Assembly (NCBI RefSeq): GCF_000195755.1
Contig: NC_002937.3
Location: forward strand, 780,001-812,000
Origin: Nitratidesulfovibrio vulgaris str. Hildenborough
Lineage (GTDB): Bacteria > Desulfobacterota > Desulfovibrionia > Desulfovibrionales > Desulfovibrionaceae
Direction of reading: 5' to 3'
Length of the DNA stretch: 32,000 nucleotides
Below, piece by piece: positions 18,061-26,522 of the stretch. A model generated the notes under the pieces. The model ran no database searches and was not told where the DNA came from. It saw only the letters and a list, made by a program, of their open reading frames with translations. Each line of letters starts with the position of its first letter. Within the stretch, counting starts at the first letter, position 1. The position numbers and the translations under genes are program-made.

Positions 18061-18459
18061 ATGTCCAGACAGAGTGCTAAAGAGATTTCCACGGTCGAGG
18101 TCGTGACCATGGTTCAACGTCGTCGTTGGACCATTGCCGAGAAGCTACGGGTAGTTGAAGAGTCGTCTTTACCCGGAATGAGCGTCTCCTTCGTGGCTCG
18201 CAAATACGGCATCGCTCCGAATCTTGTCTTTCGATGGAGAAAGCTCATGAGCGATGGCGGAAAAGTGGCTATTCAGGCCGACGACCGAGTGGTGAGCGTG
18301 GCAGAGGCGAAGGCTTTGAAGAAGCGCATTCGGGATTTGGAACGGCTTCTCGGCCGAAAGACGATGGAAGTCGAAATCCTGAAGGAAGCTATCGACATTG
18401 CACGCGAAAAAAAACTGATCTCGCGTTCGCCGTTGCCATTCGAGGACGGTTCCCTATGA
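18061..18459 (+). CDS. IS3-family transposase OrfA (helix-turn-helix plus leucine-zipper protein), 132 aa
   Basis: RRRWTIAEKLRVVEESSLPGMSVSFVARKYGIAPNLVFRWRK is the HTH region. It is followed by a coiled-coil-like segment, KALKKRIRDLERLLGRKTMEVEILKEAIDIAREKK. Confidence 0.9.
   Translation: MSRQSAKEISTVEVVTMVQRRRWTIAEKLRVVEESSLPGMSVSFVARKYGIAPNLVFRWRKLMSDGGKVAIQADDRVVSVAEAKALKKRIRDLERLLGRKTMEVEILKEAIDIAREKKLISRSPLPFEDGSL
18407..18414 (+). promoter_or_regulatory. Probable programmed -1 ribosomal frameshift site (A AAA AAA within an A8 run) producing the OrfAB transposase
   Basis: The A8 run sits in orfA codons GAA AAA AAA CTG. The -1 frame is open from 18234 through the orfB stop at 19298. 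A-rich heptamers (A6G type) are the established frameshift signals in the IS3 family. Confidence 0.6.
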
Positions 18460-19298
18460 AGCGTGTAGCGGACTCCCTGCAAGTCTCCCGTTCGCGTTTG
18501 GCAGAGCGGCTTGACGGTCCACATCGTACCAGAAAGCCTCGTTACGTGAAGGCGCAGGATGAGGAATTGCTTCGTCTCATCCGTGCCATTCTTGATGAGC
18601 GGCAAACCTACGGCTATCGGCGGATACAGGCGTGCCTCAATGCCCATTTGAGAGCTACAGGGCAATCTGAAGTCAATCACAAGCGCGTTTACCGCATCAT
18701 GCGGATGAATGGCCTGTTGCTCACCCGTCATAACGGCAAACGTCCAGACAAGGCGCACGAAGGCAAGATTGTTACTCTGCACCGCAATACACGATGGTGT
18801 TCTGATGGGTTTGAGATCCCATGCGATAACCGGGAGGTCGTGCGTGTCGCGTTCGTCCTCGATTCGTGCGACCGGGAAGTCATCAGCTACGTTGCGACGA
18901 CCAGGGGCATCTCAGGCTCTATGGTCCGCGATCTGATGCTGGAAAGCGTGGAGCGCCGATTCGGCAATGCGCACACGTCCCATACAGTGGAATGGCTTTC
19001 AGACAATGGATCTTGTTATACTGCGAAGGAAACAGTGGAGTTTGCCTCGTGGCTAGGCCTGCGAAGCTGCTTTACCCCGGTGCGCAGTCCAGAGAGCAAT
19101 GGCATGGCAGAGGCATTCGTGAAGACATTCAAGCGTGATTACGTTGACTGCAACATCTGTCCCGACGCACCGAGCGTTCTGAAGCGCCTTTCCGAGTGGT
19201 TCGAAGACTACAACGAAAATGCTCCACACAAGGGATTACGGATGCGCTCGCCAAGACAATTCATCCGACTGTCAGCAACCGCAGGGTGTCCGGTTTAG
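18456..19298 (+). CDS. IS3-family transposase OrfB (DDE/RNase-H-fold integrase core), 280 aa from its own ATG; also expressible as an OrfAB fusion
   Basis: DDE triad contexts WCSDGFEI, WLSDNGSCYTA and SPESNGMAEAFVKTFKRDY. The ATG at 18456 overlaps the orfA stop (ATGA). Confidence 0.9.
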   Translation: MKRVADSLQVSRSRLAERLDGPHRTRKPRYVKAQDEELLRLIRAILDERQTYGYRRIQACLNAHLRATGQSEVNHKRVYRIMRMNGLLLTRHNGKRPDKAHEGKIVTLHRNTRWCSDGFEIPCDNREVVRVAFVLDSCDREVISYVATTRGISGSMVRDLMLESVERRFGNAHTSHTVEWLSDNGSCYTAKETVEFASWLGLRSCFTPVRSPESNGMAEAFVKTFKRDYVDCNICPDAPSVLKRLSEWFEDYNENAPHKGLRMRSPRQFIRLSATAGCPV

Positions 19299-19312
19299 CG
19301 GGGGCAACTCCA
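19284..19312 (-). repeat. IS right terminal inverted repeat
   Basis: See the left repeat. The element ends ...ACTCCA at 19312. Confidence 0.8.
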
Positions 19313-19317
19313 CCCCC
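19313..19317. repeat. Target-site duplication, right copy (CCCCC)
   Basis: Directly abuts the right inverted repeat. See the left copy. Confidence 0.6.
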
Positions 19318-20550
19318 CTCCTGCGCTGGTGGGAAGAATTCGATGAGCGGATGCGAGAGCAGGTCCTTTCTGTCGGCAACGCCAAGCAGCCGCGCAGCTG
19401 CGTCGTTGGCACTGGCGATGCTCTCGTCGAGGAGCAGGAGCATGGCATCGGGTGCCTGTTCATAGAGTAGCCGGAAAAACGCCTCGTTCTCTTGCAACGT
19501 GTGCGCAGCCTGTTCACGGTCGCGGATGAGTCTGTTGATGGCATGGCCGATGGCGGCGATTTCGTCATCGCCGTCAGCAGGTAGCGGTGAGCGGAAACCG
19601 GAGATGCGCACGCGCTCTATGTCGGCGGCGAGAGATGCGGCCCGCCGACCGACATGCTTCTGGAAAAGAACCTGTGCAGTGGCGGCCACAAGGGCTGTAC
19701 CCACCAGGATCACGAGGCTGAAGAGCATGAGTGCCTTGTTCCCCTGTTCCGAGGCTTCGCGAGGCATCAATATGCGCATGGCGAGTCCGGGGTCGCCCTT
19801 GATATCCGTCAGTACCGCTAGGCCTTCCATGGTCGAGTCGTCCAGCGGCCTTACCTGCGGGTCCCTCTTTGCGGCGGACGTGAACAACGCTGCGACTTGC
19901 GGCGGGGTGTCATATGAGCCCGGAGTGAACAACTGGGCGGCATGGGGAAGAAGGTCGGAGAAGAACGGCGGTAACGCCCCGAGGGCATAACGTCCCCAGA
20001 CGAGCCATCCACCGCGTCGCGTGGGGTCGGTACTGCGGGTTATGGGACGGGCACTGACGAAGAGAGGCCCCTCATACAGTGACAGCAAACCGGCAAAGGG
20101 GGCGTCGTTCGCAAGTTTGCGGCCAAGTTCACCCTGTGGGGCCAGAGCATCCGTCAGGTCTTTCGGGGGGTCGCGGAAGTAGCTGTTGTCCGCGCCCCGC
20201 ATGCGGACAAGGATGGGCTGCCCTTGCGCGTCGTAGAAGGCCATGAGGTCGACGTCGTTGTCACTGAACGCCTGCAGGGTGACGTTGCGTTCTACGAAAT
20301 CGGTATCCCTTCTGGTGACGAACTCGTAGCTGTCGTCCCACGCGGCCCAGTCGGCGCACTGGCGGTGCATGGCATCCCGGGAAGCCAGCAGGAGTGCCTG
20401 TGCCTGTCGGGTGGCCGAAAGGGCCTCGCGCGTTTCGATACGCGTGAACGAATCGACAAAGGCGTAGCGCGCAGTGACGAGGACAAGCGCCGTCAATGAG
20501 CACATGGCGGCGATGAAGAGCAGGGCGCTTTTCCGGGCGAGTGTCTGCAT
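19313..20550 (-). pseudogene. 5' fragment of the IS-disrupted c-di-GMP gene: TM, CHASE4 periplasmic sensor, TM, HAMP, N-terminal part of PAS
   Basis: MQTLARKSALLFIAAMCSLTALVLV is the first TM segment. The CHASE4 hallmark is CADWAAWDDSYEFV...VERNVTLQAFSDNDVDLMAFYDAQGQPI. The second TM segment is ALMLFSLVILVGTALVAATAQVLF, followed by a HAMP-like segment and then the PAS start, FFRLLYEQAPDAMLLLLDESIASANDAAARLLG. The frame runs into the IS right end. Confidence 0.88.
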
Positions 20551-20644
20551 GGCGGATTCCGTCGACGTTTGTGGGCACATCGTAACGTGACACTGCAACG
20601 ATGGGAAGCCCGATGACCAAACAATCATTGCCGATACCGGACGG

Positions 20645-23455
20645 ATGCTGCTATATTTCGTTATAACCTTTCATCCGGCCGGGGGTCGTGTGTTCCTGCT
20701 CCGCGTCGTCCTGTTCCTGCTCATCTACGCGTCGCTTTCTGGGCCAGTGCTGGCTGCGGGAGAGAAGCGCGTGCTCGTGCTCGAATCGGGCTGGCATGAC
20801 TGGCACTGGGCAGGAGAGTTCGCACGAGGTGTACACTGGGTTTTCGATGCGACACCCGGCGTCGATGTGGTGCAGAACCGTATCGACCTTCCCCATGCCA
20901 CCACACCTTCCTATGAGGCCATGCTGGCCGACCTTCTGGTGGCCCGCTATCGCGATGACATGCCGGATGTCGTCATCGCCGGTGACGACAGGGTTTCGAA
21001 GTACCTCGATACCTACGGGGCGGACATCTTTCCGCATACCCCGAAAGTCTATTGCTACGTCCTGCCCGGGGGGGGCAGGGTGCAGGGCGTCCTCGCGGGG
21101 GGGGTGGTTTCGACACCCGACGTGGCGGGTACGCTGCTTCTGATGCGCCAGATGCAGCCGCGTCTTTCGCATGTGCTTGTCGTGAATGACAGGTCTTCAG
21201 GGACGGAGGTCATCGCAGATGAGGTGCGGCGGGCTGCGGCTACCGCCCTGCCGGGGGTGACGCTGGCGTTCATCGACCAGTGGACGGTCGCTGAACTGGC
21301 TGCCCGTCTGAGGAGCCTTTCGCCCGGGAGTGCGGTGCTGTTCACCTCCCTTGAGCAGGATGCGGTGGGCGTACGCATCGGGAGTCGCGACCTGCAGATG
21401 CTGACGGCCGTCTCCTCCGTCCCTGTCTACAGCCTGTGGGACTGGCATGTGCGGCTTGGTGCCGTGGGAGGTGTCGTTTCCGACGGCATGGGCGTCGGTG
21501 GCCGCATCGCCCGTATCGCCCAGCGCTGGCTGAACGGCCTTGAGCCGCATCTCGGTGTCGAAAGCACATCGATCAACATCACTCTTGTCGATGCGCTGAC
21601 CATGGCGCGTTTCGGCCTCGCCACAGGCGGGCTGCCGGTCGGCGCGTCGGTGGTCAACAAACCCCCGGATATGCGTGAAGCGGCCCCCGGGCTCTTCTAT
21701 GGCGGGCTTGTCGTACTGCTAGTGTTGTCTCTCGTCGTGGCCGGTCTTGGCCTGAATACCCTTCAGCGGCGCAAGGTCATGCGGCGTCTGTCAGCGGCGG
21801 AGTCGCGTTATCGGTCGCTGTTCGAAAACGCGCTGGAGGGTATCTTCAGGTTCTCTCCGACGCAGGGAATACTGGCGGCCAACCCTGCTTTCGCCTCCAT
21901 GCTGGGCTATGGCGGTGTCGAAGGGCTGCTGGCCGATGCCGGTGGCAGCATGCACAGTCTTTTCGAGAGTGACGAAGAGTACGCCACGCTACTCTCGCGA
22001 CTTGAAACGGACGAGGTCCTGCGCGGGGTCGAATGCCGCCTGCGCAGGCGCGACGGGACGAGTATCGTCGCGGCCCTGTCGTTGCGCGCTGACCGTGGGG
22101 CCGACGGGGACATCACTCTTGTCGAAGGGCGGGCTGTGGACGTCACGGCCGAGAAGCAGGCCCGCGCCGACCTCGAAGTGCAACGTGAACGGCTGCGGCT
22201 GGCCCTTGACGCTTCGCGTGACGGCATATGGGACTGGGATACCGTGAACGATACGGTGCACTTCAGTTCTCGGTATTTCACCATGCTCGGTTATGCCCCG
22301 GATGCGTTCGCGAACGAACTTGCCGTTTGGCTCGACCTGTTGCACCCGGAAGACCGGGACGAGGCCGTCGAGCGTGCCCGCCGTTTCGTCGAAGGGGTGG
22401 CTGATGGCGATGCCTATGAGACGACCTTCAGGCTGCGGGCGGCCGACGGGGCGTATCGCTGGGTTCTGTCACGCTCCATGGCTGCCGCACGCGACATGAA
22501 TCGCCGCGCCATCCGTGTTGTGGGTGTGCATACGGACGTGACCGAATTGCGAGAGGCGCAAGAGCAGCTTGCGAGCTTCAACCGTGAGCTTGAAGAGCGT
22601 GTCAAACAGCGTACCCGTGAACTTCGTGAGGCGAATCAGGCCCTCGAGTTCTCGCTGGACGCCGTACGGCGGATGCAGGACGAACTCGTCCAGTCCGAGA
22701 AGATGGCGTCGCTTGGAGGACTGGTTGCCGGAGTTGCCCACGAGATCAATACTCCTGTGGGCATAGGGGTCACTGCGGGGTCGTGGCTTGCCGAGAAGAC
22801 CGAAGAACTCTCGCGGCAACTGGCTGCCAATACCATGCGCAAGTCCGACCTTGAACGGTACATCGAAACCGCGCGGGAATCGTCTGCGACCATTCTCTCC
22901 AACCTCAAGCGCGCGGCAGACCTCGTGCAGAGTTTCAAGCAGGTCGCCGTCGACCAGACCGCTGCTGAAGCCCGCGAGTTCAACCTGCGTCAGTTCCTTG
23001 ATGAGGCACTGATGAGCCTGCGCCCCCGTTACAAGCGCACATCGCATACCGTGACCGTGGATGTGCCGGAAGACATCACGCTCTACAGCTATCCGGGTGA
23101 CCTGATGCAGGTCGTCACCAACTTCATGACCAACAGTCTGCTGCATGGCTTCGAGGATATGGAGAACGGTCATATGCGGTTCGTCGCATCCTACGAGGGC
23201 GACAAGGTCGTTCTGGAATACAGCGACGACGGCAAGGGAATGGATGCCGACCATGTGGAGAGGGTCTTCGAACCGTTCTTCACCACCAAACGTGGGCATG
23301 GTGGCACTGGCCTTGGAATGCATATCGTCTACAACATCGTGACCCAGCGTTTGAAGGGAACCATCGTGTGCCGCAGTGCACCGGGCGAGGGTGCCGCTTT
23401 CAGGCTGGTGTTCCCGCGTGACGTTCGCAAGGGAGGGGGAAGTGGTGAACGATGA
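20645..23455 (+). CDS. Membrane sensor histidine kinase: periplasmic ABC-substrate-binding-like domain, TM, two PAS/PAC domains, coiled coil, DHp (H-box AHEINTP), HATPase
   Basis: Signal/TM segment FLLRVVLFLLIYASLSGPVLAA, a periplasmic region of about 330 aa, and a second TM segment LFYGGLVVLLVLSLVVAGLGL. PAS signatures are SRYRSLFENALEGIFRF and RLRLALDASRDGIWDWD. The H-box is GLVAGVAHEINTPVGIG, the N-box is NFMTNSLLHGF, and the G-boxes are DDGKGM and GHGGTGLGMHIV. The start is ambiguous: ATG at 20645, or GTG at 20690 preceded by GGGGG. Confidence 0.9.
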   Translation: MLLYFVITFHPAGGRVFLLRVVLFLLIYASLSGPVLAAGEKRVLVLESGWHDWHWAGEFARGVHWVFDATPGVDVVQNRIDLPHATTPSYEAMLADLLVARYRDDMPDVVIAGDDRVSKYLDTYGADIFPHTPKVYCYVLPGGGRVQGVLAGGVVSTPDVAGTLLLMRQMQPRLSHVLVVNDRSSGTEVIADEVRRAAATALPGVTLAFIDQWTVAELAARLRSLSPGSAVLFTSLEQDAVGVRIGSRDLQMLTAVSSVPVYSLWDWHVRLGAVGGVVSDGMGVGGRIARIAQRWLNGLEPHLGVESTSINITLVDALTMARFGLATGGLPVGASVVNKPPDMREAAPGLFYGGLVVLLVLSLVVAGLGLNTLQRRKVMRRLSAAESRYRSLFENALEGIFRFSPTQGILAANPAFASMLGYGGVEGLLADAGGSMHSLFESDEEYATLLSRLETDEVLRGVECRLRRRDGTSIVAALSLRADRGADGDITLVEGRAVDVTAEKQARADLEVQRERLRLALDASRDGIWDWDTVNDTVHFSSRYFTMLGYAPDAFANELAVWLDLLHPEDRDEAVERARRFVEGVADGDAYETTFRLRAADGAYRWVLSRSMAAARDMNRRAIRVVGVHTDVTELREAQEQLASFNRELEERVKQRTRELREANQALEFSLDAVRRMQDELVQSEKMASLGGLVAGVAHEINTPVGIGVTAGSWLAEKTEELSRQLAANTMRKSDLERYIETARESSATILSNLKRAADLVQSFKQVAVDQTAAEAREFNLRQFLDEALMSLRPRYKRTSHTVTVDVPEDITLYSYPGDLMQVVTNFMTNSLLHGFEDMENGHMRFVASYEGDKVVLEYSDDGKGMDADHVERVFEPFFTTKRGHGGTGLGMHIVYNIVTQRLKGTIVCRSAPGEGAAFRLVFPRDVRKGGGSGER

Positions 23456-24998
23456 GCTGCTGTTCGCACCTGAGGGGGCTGATTCGGAGGGGCGGGAGGC
23501 CGCTAGTGGCAGTCCGTGGAAGGTTCTTGTCATCGACGATGAGGAGGAGGTGCATGTCGTCACCCGCATGGTCCTCGGCGACATGCGTTTCGAAGGCAAG
23601 CCCATCGAGTGCCTGAGTGCCTACAGTGCCCGGGAGGGATTCGAGAAGTTGCGCGACAGCAAGGATGTCGCGCTGGTGCTTCTGGATGTCGTCATGGAGA
23701 GCAACCAGGCGGGTCTCGAACTCGTGCACCGCATCCGGGAGGAGCTTGGCAACCACGCCGTGCGCATCATCCTGCGCACCGGACAGCCGGGGCAGGCGCC
23801 GGAACGTGAAGTCATCACGCGGTATGACATCAATGATTACAAGCACAAGACGGAATTGACGGCCCAGCGGCTCTTCACCACGGTGGTGGCGGCCCTGCGA
23901 GGCTACCGCGACCTGCGGACGATAGAGCGCAACCGGCGCGGTCTCGAGCGTATCATCCATTCATCACGTGACATCTTCCGGTTGCAGAGCCTGCCGGATT
24001 TCATGTCCGGCGTCCTGACGCAACTCACTTCGTCACTCAGCGAGGAACCCTCGTCGTTCTACGCCGGTGTTTCGGGCATAGCGGCAGCCAATGGCGGCGA
24101 CCATGGCTATCAGGTCTATTCCGCGACGGGCCGTTTTGCGGAGTGCGCCCGGCATTCGGCGTGCGAGGCGCTCGACGATACGACCCGCGGGGCCATCGAA
24201 AAGGCTCTGGCCACCCGCGAGAGCTATTTCACAGAGAATTCGTTCGTCGGCTATTTCCGTACCCCGCAAGGGGCCGAGAGCGTCTTCTACGTACAGGACG
24301 ACCGCGTCATCAACGACCTCGACCGGAGCCTCATCGAGATTTTCGCGGGCAACGTGTCCATCGCGCTTGAGAACATCCACCTCAATCAGGAGATAGTGGA
24401 CACCCAGAGGGAGGTGGTGCTCACGCTCGGCGAGGTGGTCGAGAACCGCTCGCATGAGGCTGCCAACCATGTGCGACGGGTGGCGGAGTATGCGGCGTGC
24501 ATGGCTCGCCTTGCCGGGTTGCCCGAAGAACAGGTGGCGATGCTGCGCATCGCCAGCCCCATGCACGATGTAGGCAAGATAGGCATTCCCGACAGTGTGC
24601 TCCTCAAGCCGGGACGCCTCGACGACGCAGAGATGGCCGTGATGCGGACCCACGCCGCCATCGGCGAGCGCATTCTCTCCGCCAGCACGCGACCCATCAT
24701 GCAGGCTGCCGCCATCGTCGCAGGGCAGCATCATGAACGGTGGGATGGCGCCGGATATCCGCGTGGCACTTCGGGCGAGGACATCCACATCTACGGGCGC
24801 ATCGTGGCGCTGGCAGACGTGTTCGACGCGCTGGTATGCCGCAGGGTGTACAAGGAACCGTGGCCGCGGGACAGGGTGGAGGCGCATTTCCGGGAACAGG
24901 CGGGAACGCATTTCGATCCCCGTCTGGCAGCGCTTCTTCTTGATAACATTCAGAAATTCTATGACATACTGAAGGCGTGGCCGGACGTGGTCGAGTAG
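23445..24998 (+). CDS. Response regulator with HD-GYP c-di-GMP phosphodiesterase output (REC, ~165-aa middle domain, HD-GYP), about 517 aa
   Basis: REC: KVLVIDDEEEVH...ALVLLDVVME...ILRTGQPG...DINDYKHKTEL. HD-GYP: ANHVRRVAEY...SPMHDVGKIGIPDSVLLKPGRL...GQHHERWDGAGYPRG...ALADVFDAL. The GTG start at 23445 (or 23442) lies 8 nt after GGGAGG and overlaps the kinase stop by 11 nt. Confidence 0.9.
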   Translation: MNDELLFAPEGADSEGREAASGSPWKVLVIDDEEEVHVVTRMVLGDMRFEGKPIECLSAYSAREGFEKLRDSKDVALVLLDVVMESNQAGLELVHRIREELGNHAVRIILRTGQPGQAPEREVITRYDINDYKHKTELTAQRLFTTVVAALRGYRDLRTIERNRRGLERIIHSSRDIFRLQSLPDFMSGVLTQLTSSLSEEPSSFYAGVSGIAAANGGDHGYQVYSATGRFAECARHSACEALDDTTRGAIEKALATRESYFTENSFVGYFRTPQGAESVFYVQDDRVINDLDRSLIEIFAGNVSIALENIHLNQEIVDTQREVVLTLGEVVENRSHEAANHVRRVAEYAACMARLAGLPEEQVAMLRIASPMHDVGKIGIPDSVLLKPGRLDDAEMAVMRTHAAIGERILSASTRPIMQAAAIVAGQHHERWDGAGYPRGTSGEDIHIYGRIVALADVFDALVCRRVYKEPWPRDRVEAHFREQAGTHFDPRLAALLLDNIQKFYDILKAWPDVVE

Positions 24999-25114
24999 GG
25001 ATTCACTTGCCTTGCCTGTCGCGCTGTGCCAAACCTTCGCGCAGCAGAGGCCGCACGGCCCGGTACGCCGGGCCGTTCGCGTGAGTGATACCATCCATAT
25101 AGCGAGGCAAGCAC

Positions 25115-26296
25115 ATGGCAAGCATAGGCACTCCCCTCACCCCCACGGCGACCCGCATCCTGCTGCTCGGTTCCGGCGAACTCGGACGCGAGGTGGCGCT
25201 CGAGGCCATGCGCCTCGGCGTCGAAGTCGTGGCCGTCGACCGCTATCCCAACGCCCCCGCCATGCAGGTGGCGCATCGCAGCCATGTGGTGTCCATGCTC
25301 GACGGTGCGGCCCTGCGTGCCATCATCGAGGCGGAGAAGCCCTACTGCATCGTGCCCGAAATCGAGGCCATCGCCACCGGTACGTTGCTGGAACTGGAAC
25401 AGGAAGGCTACCGGGTGGTGCCCACCGCCCGTGCCGCGCGCCTGACCATGGACAGGGAGGGAATACGCCGCCTTGCCGCCGAAGAGCTTGGCCTGCCTAC
25501 GTCGCCGTACCGTTTCGCCTCCACCGAAGAGGAATATCGCGCCGCCATCGAGACAGTGGGGTTGCCCTGCGTGGTGAAGCCGGTCATGAGTTCGTCGGGC
25601 AAGGGACAGAGCCTTGTGCGCACCCCGGCCGACATCGACTCGGCATGGGCCTATGCACAGACCGGCGGGCGTGCCGGGGCGGGGCGGGTCATCGTGGAGG
25701 GGTTCGTCGATTTCGACTATGAAATCACCCTGCTGACCGTGCGTCATGCCGGAGGCGTCACATTCTGCGACCCCATCGGGCATTTGCAGAAGGATGGCGA
25801 CTATCGCGAATCGTGGCAGCCGCAGCCCATGGATGCCGTGGCGCTGGAGAAGGCCCGTGCCATGGCCGACGCCGTAACCGGTGCGCTTGGCGGCTGGGGC
25901 ATCTTCGGTGTGGAACTTTTCGTACGCGGTGACGAGGTGTGGTTCAGCGAGGTCTCGCCCCGTCCTCACGACACCGGGCTGGTGACCCTCATCTCGCAGA
26001 ACATGAGCGAATTCGCCTTGCATGTGCGTGCCATCCTCGGGCTGCCGGTGCCGTTGCTGCGGCAGAATGGCCCTGCCGCCTCGTGCGTCATCCTTGCCGA
26101 GGGCGATTCCGAGGCCCCCCGCTTCCATGGCGTGGATGCGGCATTGGCCGAACAGGACACCGCCCTCTGCCTCTTCGGCAAGCCCGAAGTGCATGGCAGG
26201 CGGCGCATGGGCGTCGCCCTTGCGCTGGGCGATGACATCGACGCAGCCCGCGCCAAGGCCCGCAGGGCCGCCGGGAGCGTGACCGTTGAACTGTAG
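25115..26296 (+). CDS. purT: Formate-dependent phosphoribosylglycinamide formyltransferase (GAR transformylase 2)
   Basis: [38 protein letters not shown]...ATP-grasp core [16 protein letters not shown]...[15 protein letters not shown]...SPRPHDTG. Closely parallels E. coli PurT as I remember it. Confidence 0.95.
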   Translation: MASIGTPLTPTATRILLLGSGELGREVALEAMRLGVEVVAVDRYPNAPAMQVAHRSHVVSMLDGAALRAIIEAEKPYCIVPEIEAIATGTLLELEQEGYRVVPTARAARLTMDREGIRRLAAEELGLPTSPYRFASTEEEYRAAIETVGLPCVVKPVMSSSGKGQSLVRTPADIDSAWAYAQTGGRAGAGRVIVEGFVDFDYEITLLTVRHAGGVTFCDPIGHLQKDGDYRESWQPQPMDAVALEKARAMADAVTGALGGWGIFGVELFVRGDEVWFSEVSPRPHDTGLVTLISQNMSEFALHVRAILGLPVPLLRQNGPAASCVILAEGDSEAPRFHGVDAALAEQDTALCLFGKPEVHGRRRMGVALALGDDIDAARAKARRAAGSVTVEL

Positions 26297-26373
26297 GCGG
26301 CGCAGCTGGTGATGCCGGCGGCAGGAGGTCTGCACCTCTGCAACCGCGTTTCATCCGCGATGCTGTTTTGATC

Positions 26374-26398
26374 GAGGCCCCCGAAAGGGGGCTTCTTT
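26374..26398 (+). terminator. Rho-independent terminator of purT
   Basis: Stem gaggccccc/gggggcttc (9 bp including one G-U pair), a GAAA tetraloop, then TTT. It sits 78 nt after the purT stop, between convergent genes. Confidence 0.6.
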
Positions 26399-26522
26399 GC
26401 GTCGAAAGACGGCTCAACATGGTATGACACGTCTGCGTCAAGCCCCGGAAACGCTACAGGCCGGGGGGCCAATCCCCCCGGCCTGCGACCACATGACTCA
26501 CCCAGGAGACGGGCGTTGTCAG

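Larger units (their letters stand above)
18002..19312 (+). mobile_element. Intact IS3-family insertion sequence (IS2-like subgroup), 1311 bp
   Basis: TG...CA termini and imperfect ~29-bp terminal inverted repeats. Two overlapping ORFs with orfB in the -1 frame, an A8 slippery run, and a DDE catalytic core in OrfB. OrfA resembles IS2 InsC as I remember it (RRRWT..EK..VEES..PGMSVS.VARKYGIA.N..F.WRK...LLGKKTME.E.LKEA). Confidence 0.92.

Noticed and set aside
18002-19312. Considered naming the element as ISD1 of Desulfovibrio vulgaris Hildenborough
   Set aside because: As I recall, ISD1 is about 1200 bp with a 4-bp duplication and an A6G shift site. This element is 1311 bp with an A8 run and an apparent 5-bp duplication. 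Identity cannot be established without an ISfinder search.
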